DNA from: an uncultured Halobacteriales archaeon
Lineage (GTDB): Archaea > Halobacteriota > Halobacteria > Halobacteriales > Haloarculaceae
NCBI GenBank assembly: GCA_964597715.1
Contig: CAZQZE010000001.1
Span: 1 to 32,696 of the forward strand
DNA length: 32,696 nt
Direction: 5' to 3'
Part shown: in pieces, positions 26,240-32,696 of the stretch
Position numbering within the stretch: position 1 is the first letter of the stretch
Layout: each line of letters begins with the position of its first letter
Position numbers and translations under genes: made by a program
The notes under the pieces: model-generated
Database searches by the model: none
Seen by the model: only the letters and a program-made list of their open reading frames with translations
What the model was told of the DNA's origin: nothing

Positions 26240-27022
26240 ATGGATACCCGGGAGAAACTCGCCGAACTGGAGGAGTTCGACACGCCGTCCGTCTCGAATG
26301 TCGTGGCGACATACCCCGATGACCCGCTCTGTCTGGGGCTGTACAACCCGTGGAGTCAGGACTGGTACACCGACCGGCGGGTCGAGTGTCTGTACCCCGA
26401 GTTGGGCCCTCGGGCCGGGCACGCTGTGACGTGTGTCTACGGCATGCCCGACCCGGGTTTCGGGGAACTGACATTCATCGACGTGGCCGACGCACTCGAG
26501 GCGTCGCCGGCGCCGACGGTGCTGGCCCTGTCACAGGACTTTCCCGACGAGGTGGCGGGGACGGTCGGGCTCACCGGCGGCAACATGACCACGGCGATGC
26601 AGTCACTCGGCTGTGTCGGCTGTGTGACCGACGGTCCGGTGCGTGACATCGACGAGGTGCGGCCGATGGAGTTCCAGTATCTGGCGACAGGTGTCACACC
26701 GGGACACGGGGAGATGGCGGTCCACGCGGTGAACGGTCCGGTGTCGATTTCCGGGATGGACGTCGCACCTGGCGAACTCATCCACATGGACGAGAACGGG
26801 GCAGTGAAGTTCCCGGCCGACCGTCTCGACGACGTTCTCGAGAACGTGCGGGCGCTCAGCGACCGCGAGGAGGCGCTTCAAAAGCGGGTCGCGGTCGCGA
26901 GCAGCGCCGCGGAGGTCCGCGCAGCCTTCGCCGGAGAGGCGTACGGCGAGGACCGGGAGGGTGACGACGGTGACGAGGACAGCCAGGATAGCACCGACGC
27001 GGGCAACGGAGTGGCCGAGTAA
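26240..27022 (+). CDS. RraA/HMG-CHA aldolase family protein
   Basis: FDTPSVSNV, GGNMTTAM..LGCVGCVTDGPVRDIDE, VAPGELIHMDENGAVKFP; start ATG 26240. Confidence 0.88.
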   Translation: MDTREKLAELEEFDTPSVSNVVATYPDDPLCLGLYNPWSQDWYTDRRVECLYPELGPRAGHAVTCVYGMPDPGFGELTFIDVADALEASPAPTVLALSQDFPDEVAGTVGLTGGNMTTAMQSLGCVGCVTDGPVRDIDEVRPMEFQYLATGVTPGHGEMAVHAVNGPVSISGMDVAPGELIHMDENGAVKFPADRLDDVLENVRALSDREEALQKRVAVASSAAEVRAAFAGEAYGEDREGDDGDEDSQDSTDAGNGVAE

Positions 27023-27107
27023 CACGGCCGGCGATGACCACCCCGTCTCTCTCGCACACCGCAGGCCAACCGAATCTGTAAGTGACCCCGGGGAGTCTGT
27101 GAGCGGG

Positions 27108-28151
27108 ATGGCATATCACGTCACCGTCGAACGCGACGTTCGCCACCCGGAGACCGGTGTCATCCCCGGGTTCGACCGCCTCTTCGAGGACCCCGCGGTC
27201 GAACTGTCCGTTCTCGGCCCCGACCGCGGCCCGGAACTCGAACCCGAGGACCTCCGGGGTGCCGACGCGTACGTCTCCTACAGCTACGACCTCACCGCCG
27301 ACTCGCTTTCGGGGGTCGACTCGCTTGACCTCGTCACGCGGGCCGGCGCCGGCTACGAGAATCTCGACCTCGACGCGATGACCGACCGCGGCGTCGTCGC
27401 CGCTCACGCCCCCCAGGGACCGACGGCCTCGGCCGCCCAGGCCACCGTCGCGATGGTCCTCGCCTGCGCCCACAACATCCCGCGCCAGCAGCACCGCCTC
27501 AGAACGCAGGGGTGGGAGGCGGCCCGCGACCAGGGGTTCGAACTCCAGCACGCGACCGTCGGGTTCGTCGGCATGGGACTCATCGGCCGGAAAGTGCTCT
27601 CGAACCTGGCGCCGTTCCGGGAGGACGGCCTCGAGGCGATAGTCTACGACCCCTACCTCTCCCCGGAGGAGGCCGACGAACTCGGCCTCGGGCAGGTCGG
27701 CCTCGATACGCTGCTGGAGACGTCCGACATCCTCACCCTCCACGTACCGCTGACGGAGGAGACCCGTGGTATGCTCGGCACGGCCGAGTTCGAGCGGATG
27801 CAGGAGTCGGCCTATCTGGTCAACACGTCTCGTGGGGGGGTCTACCCGGACGAGGAGCTGGCACAGGCGCTCCGCGAGGGGGAACTCGCCGGCGCCGCCG
27901 TCGACGTCTTCGAGGACGAACCCGATGTCGAGGGGAACCCGCTGCTCGCCGTCGAGGATATCCTGGTGACGCCACACGTCGCCGGCGTGACCACGGACTC
28001 GTTGCGCCGTATCCACCGGATCATGGCGGAGTCGGTCGACGCCCACAGGAACGGCGACCCGCCGCGCAACGTCCTCAACCCGGCCGCCTACGAGGGGCAG
28101 ACGGGCGAGAGGCTTCCGGAGGGGAGGGAGACCCCGTCGTTCCGCGGTTGA
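27108..28151 (+). CDS. D-isomer specific 2-hydroxyacid dehydrogenase (SerA/glyoxylate reductase-like)
   Basis: RAGAGYENLD, GFVGMGLIG, LHVPLTEETRGM, NTSRGG, DVFEDEP, TPHVAG; start ATG 27108. Confidence 0.92.
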   Translation: MAYHVTVERDVRHPETGVIPGFDRLFEDPAVELSVLGPDRGPELEPEDLRGADAYVSYSYDLTADSLSGVDSLDLVTRAGAGYENLDLDAMTDRGVVAAHAPQGPTASAAQATVAMVLACAHNIPRQQHRLRTQGWEAARDQGFELQHATVGFVGMGLIGRKVLSNLAPFREDGLEAIVYDPYLSPEEADELGLGQVGLDTLLETSDILTLHVPLTEETRGMLGTAEFERMQESAYLVNTSRGGVYPDEELAQALREGELAGAAVDVFEDEPDVEGNPLLAVEDILVTPHVAGVTTDSLRRIHRIMAESVDAHRNGDPPRNVLNPAAYEGQTGERLPEGRETPSFRG

Positions 28152-28207
28152 CGGGCCCTCCCGGCAGGTCGAGGCCGAGGGTCGAAGCGGAGCCCGGCGG
28201 TGACCGC

Positions 28208-29005
28208 TCACCGCGAGAACCCGGCGACTTCCTCCGCGAGCGCCCCGCCCTGTTCGGTGTACCAGTGGTGGAGGATCCGGGTGTCCGTGTTGAGACTGAA
28301 ATCGCGGACGCCGAGGTCGAGGTACGCCTCGGCCGCGCCGGGGTGGCGGACCTCCGCACGGGGGGCGATACCCATCTCCAGGGCCGTCTCGACGGTCCTC
28401 CGTTCCGCCTCCTCGACCGCCGGAGCGTCGAAGGCGCCGGGCTCGCCGATGCTCAGCGAGTAGTCCGCGGGCCCGAACTGAACCATATCGACCCCCTCGA
28501 CAGCGAGGATCGCCTCGAGATTCGCAACCGTCTCCTCCTTCTCGACCATGACCGCGACGACGGCCTCCTCACACCACTCGACGACCTCCTCGGGCGACGC
28601 GTAGCCGCCGACGTAGCCGTTCCGGCGGTCCGAGCGGACGCCGTTGTCCCCCTCCGGCTCCGGCCGGACAGCCGCGACAGCCTCTCGGGCGTCCTCGACC
28701 GACCGGATATCGGCGAACAGGAGGTTCTGGATGCCGGCAGCCATCGCGCGCTGGGCGACGAACCCGCGGGACTCCGCGTCTATCTTTATCATCATCGACA
28801 GGTCAGACAGCTCCGCCGCACGTGCCATGTTCTCCAGGTCCCGCAGGTCGTAGGGGGCGTACTCCGCGAGGAACTCGACGTAATCGAACTGGCCGGTCTG
28901 GCCGATGACCTCGAGCAGCCCCGGCCACTGGGTCTGCATCCGCGTGCCGATACTCACCTCGCCGCTCTCGATCCGCTCACGCAGGTGGTTCACCACGGTG
29001 GACAT
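28208..29005 (-). CDS. HpcH/HpaI (2-dehydro-3-deoxy-sugar-acid type) aldolase family protein
   Basis: FDYVEFLAEYAP, VMVEK, ILAVEGVDMVQFGPADYSLSIG; start ATG 29005. Confidence 0.88.
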   Translation of the reverse strand: MSTVVNHLRERIESGEVSIGTRMQTQWPGLLEVIGQTGQFDYVEFLAEYAPYDLRDLENMARAAELSDLSMMIKIDAESRGFVAQRAMAAGIQNLLFADIRSVEDAREAVAAVRPEPEGDNGVRSDRRNGYVGGYASPEEVVEWCEEAVVAVMVEKEETVANLEAILAVEGVDMVQFGPADYSLSIGEPGAFDAPAVEEAERRTVETALEMGIAPRAEVRHPGAAEAYLDLGVRDFSLNTDTRILHHWYTEQGGALAEEVAGFSR

Positions 29006-29051
29006 ACGCCCTCGGGCCTCGGCAAAGACGGTTTCCCCGGCTTCCGAGGGG

Positions 29052-31298
29052 TCAGGGGTCGTCGAGGCCGGTGACCTCGAAGCGTGCACCGCCCGCCGAG
29101 CCCTCGGTCACCCGAACACCCCAGCCGTGTGCCGCTGCCGTCTCACGGACGATAGCGAGGCCGAACCCCGTCCCGTGCTCCGAGGTAGAGTGGCCCGGCT
29201 CGAACACGCGCTCCCGCTCCGTCTCCGGGACCCCCGGGCCGTCGTCCTCGACGTAGAAGCCGTCCTCGAGTTCGCCGACCGTCACCACGACGCTCTCGCT
29301 GCCGTGTTCTACGGCGTTGCGGATGAGATTCTCGAACAGCTGTCGCAGGCGACTCTCGTCGGCGTTGACGGTCCGGTCGGCCTCGACTTGGAGGGTCGCC
29401 TCGCCGGTCTCGACGGTTGTCCAGCAGGCCTCGAGCAGGTCGGGGAGCGCGACCGGTTCCAGCCCGCCGATCGTCTCACCCTCCCGTGCGAGTGTCAGGA
29501 GGTCGTCGATAAGCGCCTGACTCCGGTCGAGTGCCTCGGCGGCGTCCTCGAGATGAGCGTTTCCGGTCTCCTCACTGGCCAGTTCGACCCGGCCCTGGGC
29601 GACGTTCAGCGGGTTCCGCAGGTCGTGGGAGACGACGCTCGCAAACCGGTTGAGACGCTCGTTCTGGCGGGTCAGCTCCCGTTCGCGCTCCCGGAGCTGT
29701 TTGGTCTGTTCGACCTGCTCCAGCGCCGTCTCGATGCTACCGGCGAGGATACGCCCGAGCGCCATATCGCGCTGGTCGAACCGCTCCGGGACCGACGAGC
29801 AGGCGATAAGCACCCCGTAGTCACCGACCGGCAGGTGGAGTTCACTCCGGACCGGGGAGTCGGGGTTGTAGATGTCGGGGTCATCGTGGACGTCGTCGAC
29901 CGCCAGCGCCTCGCCTCGCTGGTAGACCCGCCAGGCGATACTGCCCGAACCCGAGAACGTCGGGGGGTCGCCCACCAGCTCGCGGCCGGCGTCGGTTATC
30001 GCCACCGGGACGAGCGACCCCTCGCCGTCGCTGCTCTCCTCGTAGAGGTGGAGCGCGTTCGCCTCGAGCCCGAGGATGTCCCGGACGGTTTCGACCCCGA
30101 CCTCGGCGACCGTCTCCCGGGACGTGGCAGCCATCAGCTCCCGGGCCGTCCCGCTGAGCGCCTCGAGACTGCGCTCGTACTCCTTTCGCTCGGTGATGTC
30201 GCGAATAACACCGACCCGCTCGGTCCGGCCGTCCGCCCGTGTGATGTTGATCAGGCGGAGTTCGGCGGGGATAGCCCCCCCATCGGCGGGGTTGAAGACG
30301 TTCTCGACGACCCCGACAGTCCGGTCACCCGCCCGTAGCTCCTCGCGAGCCTCCCGCGCGAGGGCGATCGTTTCGTCGTCGGCCCACTCGGTGATCGGGT
30401 CACCGATGAGCTCCGCAGGGTCGACGCCTTTCATCGACGCGTACGTGCTGTTGACGTAGACGAGGGTCTCGTCGTCGTCGAGGACGTAGACCGCGTCGTC
30501 GAGTTCCTCGAAGACGCTCTCGTAGCGCCGGAGCTCCCGCTCGCGTTCCTTTCGCTGGGCGATACCCCGGAGGACACCGGTCGACCCCTTCACCGTCCCG
30601 TTCTCCTCGAGCAGGGTGACCCGTGCCTCGACCGGGAGTGTCTCGCCGTCTGCGGTGTGGAGTCTCCCTTCGAACTGGTCGACGGTGTGGTCACCGGTGA
30701 GTAGCGCCCGGACCGCCGCCCGGCCTCGCTCGACCTCCTCCTCGCCGAGGACGAGCGAGGCGTGGCTCCCGAGCAGTCGCTCGCGGCCGTAGCCTGTCCA
30801 CTCGACCAGCCGCTCGTTGACCGACGTCAGAACGCCGTCCAGGTCGAGCGCGTAGACGGCGTCCCCGGCTGCCTCCAGGATCGCCTCGTTGCGTTCGAGA
30901 CCACGGCGGGAGCGGTACCGCTCGACGGCGTTCCGGACCCGGTTTGCGAGCACGTCGAACTGGCCGGTTCCGGTCCCCTTCTGGAGGTAGTCAGTCACGC
31001 CCGCCGAGATGGCCTCGCTCGCGAGTTCCTCGCTTCCACGGCCGGTGTAGAGGATGAACGGGAGGTTCGGCTGTGACTCGCGGACAGCTTCGAGGAACTC
31101 GAGGCCGTCCCGGTCGGCCATGTCGTGGTCGGAGACGACGGCGTCGAACCTGTCCTCCCGGAGCCGGGCGAGCCCGTCGGTGGCACTCGTCTCCGTCTCG
31201 ACGTGAAACTGGCCCTCGTCGCGCTCGAGTACGGTCGAAACGATACCCGCAAACTCCGGGTCGTTGTCGACGTGGAGCACGCGGACCGGGTCAGCCAT
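29052..31298 (-). CDS. Hybrid sensor histidine kinase REC-PAS-PAS-GAF-HisKA-HATPase
   Basis: VLHVDND...VVSDHDM REC; two PAS; GAF (GSIAWRVY...SELHLPVG); H-box SVVSHDLRNPL; N-box ENLIRNAVEHG; DDGPG; GTGFGL. Confidence 0.92.
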   Translation of the reverse strand: MADPVRVLHVDNDPEFAGIVSTVLERDEGQFHVETETSATDGLARLREDRFDAVVSDHDMADRDGLEFLEAVRESQPNLPFILYTGRGSEELASEAISAGVTDYLQKGTGTGQFDVLANRVRNAVERYRSRRGLERNEAILEAAGDAVYALDLDGVLTSVNERLVEWTGYGRERLLGSHASLVLGEEEVERGRAAVRALLTGDHTVDQFEGRLHTADGETLPVEARVTLLEENGTVKGSTGVLRGIAQRKERERELRRYESVFEELDDAVYVLDDDETLVYVNSTYASMKGVDPAELIGDPITEWADDETIALAREAREELRAGDRTVGVVENVFNPADGGAIPAELRLINITRADGRTERVGVIRDITERKEYERSLEALSGTARELMAATSRETVAEVGVETVRDILGLEANALHLYEESSDGEGSLVPVAITDAGRELVGDPPTFSGSGSIAWRVYQRGEALAVDDVHDDPDIYNPDSPVRSELHLPVGDYGVLIACSSVPERFDQRDMALGRILAGSIETALEQVEQTKQLRERERELTRQNERLNRFASVVSHDLRNPLNVAQGRVELASEETGNAHLEDAAEALDRSQALIDDLLTLAREGETIGGLEPVALPDLLEACWTTVETGEATLQVEADRTVNADESRLRQLFENLIRNAVEHGSESVVVTVGELEDGFYVEDDGPGVPETERERVFEPGHSTSEHGTGFGLAIVRETAAAHGWGVRVTEGSAGGARFEVTGLDDP

Positions 31299-31393
31299 GC
31301 TATGTTATACCTCTTAACCGGCAACGTAAATATTCACCACTCCCCTGTGGGGACAGCCAACACTTACTACCGCGCCCTTCTTTGCGGGTACAC

Positions 31394-32680
31394 ATGACAA
31401 CGGCCCTCACCGCCGAGATCGGGTCGAACACCGACGACCTGCTCGAACTCGTCGAGCGCCTGGTCGAGACGCCAACTGTTACCGGCAACGAGAGGCCCGG
31501 GCAGGAGGTGGTCATCGGGTACCTCGAGTCGATGGGGCTCGAGCCCGACGTCTGGGTGCCCGAGGAGTCGGCGTTGGCGGACCATGCGGGGTACGCCCGG
31601 ACGTCGGTCACCGCGGAGGTCGGCTTCGAGGGCCGCCCCAACGTTGCCGTCCGGGTCCCGGGCAGCGGCGACGGGCCGACCCTGACCGTCGGCGGCCACA
31701 TCGACGTCGTCGACGTGACCGAGGACGAGTGGACACGGGAGCCCTGGGAACTGACACGGGAGGGTGAGACGCTGTACGGCCGCGGCGTCGCGGATATGAA
31801 AGGCGGGTTGGCCGCAGTGCTCTACACCGTGAGGACAGTCTTGAACTCGGAGGTCGACCTCGCGGGCGACCTGATCGTCCAGAGCACCATCGAGGAGGAG
31901 GCAGGCGGGACCGGCGGCGCGCTCGCAACCATCGAGCGCGGCTACCTCCCGGACGCGGCGGCGATTGCCGAGCCCTCCGACATCCCCAATATCACGGTCG
32001 CCAGCGCCGGTGTGATGTACTTCGAGGTGACGGTGCCGGGCGTGAGCGCCCACGCGGCGTGGGGTCACGAGGGCGACAACGCTATCGGGAACGCCACACT
32101 CGTCTACCAGGCCCTCGAGGACCTCGACCGCGAACGAAAGGACCGCATCGACTTCGAGCCCGCGTACCGTGCCAACCCGGGGCTGGAGGGGAACGTGACC
32201 AACATCAATATCGGCCAGATCGAGGCCGGCGACTGGCCGTCGACGCTGCCCAGCCGTGCGACAATGCGCGGTCGGGTCGGGTGGCCACCCGGCGAGAGCC
32301 GCGAGGAGGTCCGGGCGCAAATCGAGGCCGCCGTCGCCGGTGTCACCGACCACGATGACTGGGCGGTCGACGCGGCGCCGACCGTGGAGTGGGTCGGCTG
32401 GCAGGCAGCCCCACACCGGACAGACAGCGACTCGACGGTCGCCCAGCTCGCGATGGAGACGGCCGAGGCCGTCACAGGCGAGACGGGCGCGTTCACCGGC
32501 GGGAACGGCGGTATGGACGAGCGGTTCTACAAGCGCTACTACGACGTCCCCTCGGTCTCGGTCGGCCCCACACCGCACAACATCCACGGCGCCGACGAGC
32601 ACACCTCGGTCGCGTCGCTGGTCGAGACCTCGCGGACGTACGCCCGGGTCATCACCGAGTACTGTGGGGTCACGGACTGA
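31394..32680 (+). CDS. M20 family metallo-hydrolase (ArgE/DapE-like deacylase)
   Basis: GGHIDVV, LYGRGVADMKGG, EEEAGG, AEP, HGADEH; start ATG 31394. Confidence 0.92.
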   Translation: MTTALTAEIGSNTDDLLELVERLVETPTVTGNERPGQEVVIGYLESMGLEPDVWVPEESALADHAGYARTSVTAEVGFEGRPNVAVRVPGSGDGPTLTVGGHIDVVDVTEDEWTREPWELTREGETLYGRGVADMKGGLAAVLYTVRTVLNSEVDLAGDLIVQSTIEEEAGGTGGALATIERGYLPDAAAIAEPSDIPNITVASAGVMYFEVTVPGVSAHAAWGHEGDNAIGNATLVYQALEDLDRERKDRIDFEPAYRANPGLEGNVTNINIGQIEAGDWPSTLPSRATMRGRVGWPPGESREEVRAQIEAAVAGVTDHDDWAVDAAPTVEWVGWQAAPHRTDSDSTVAQLAMETAEAVTGETGAFTGGNGGMDERFYKRYYDVPSVSVGPTPHNIHGADEHTSVASLVETSRTYARVITEYCGVTD

Positions 32681-32696
32681 CCGCTCTGGCCACCCC

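Noticed and set aside
1-32696. CRISPR array, IS transposase or provirus structural genes
   Set aside because: I saw no regularly spaced repeat-spacer units, transposase motifs or pleolipovirus-like genes.

Overview
Haloarchaeal DNA (acidic proteins, TATA-type promoters) made of two compositionally different blocks joined near 12,350. The left block (~57% GC in the lines I spot-counted) is an amide uptake and catabolism island: a partial acetamidase/formamidase, a UrtABCDE-like ABC transporter, three amidase-signature enzymes, an ABM-domain protein and an SNJ2-like tyrosine integrase. The integrase sits beside a degenerate tRNA-end-like hairpin flanked by 13-bp direct repeats, a probable att junction. 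The right block (~67% GC) holds a gas vesicle cluster, gvpACNO (minus) divergent from gvpD-FGHIJKLM (plus), then RraA-like, 2-hydroxyacid dehydrogenase, HpcH aldolase, hybrid histidine kinase and M20 hydrolase genes. The main oddity is the regulatory layout. gvpE is absent from its usual place between gvpD and gvpF, where only a 25-codon coupling mini-ORF remains. A GvpE-like gene instead lies ~4 kb beyond gvpO, between a 1046-aa MEDS-REC-PAS-GAF-GAF-Bat/HTH activator and a kinase-less 7TM sensor. The gvpA/gvpD intergenic region carries an expanded, symmetric, 12-bp-periodic array of GvpE-UAS-like boxes. All family calls come from motif recognition and recalled reference sequences, not database searches.
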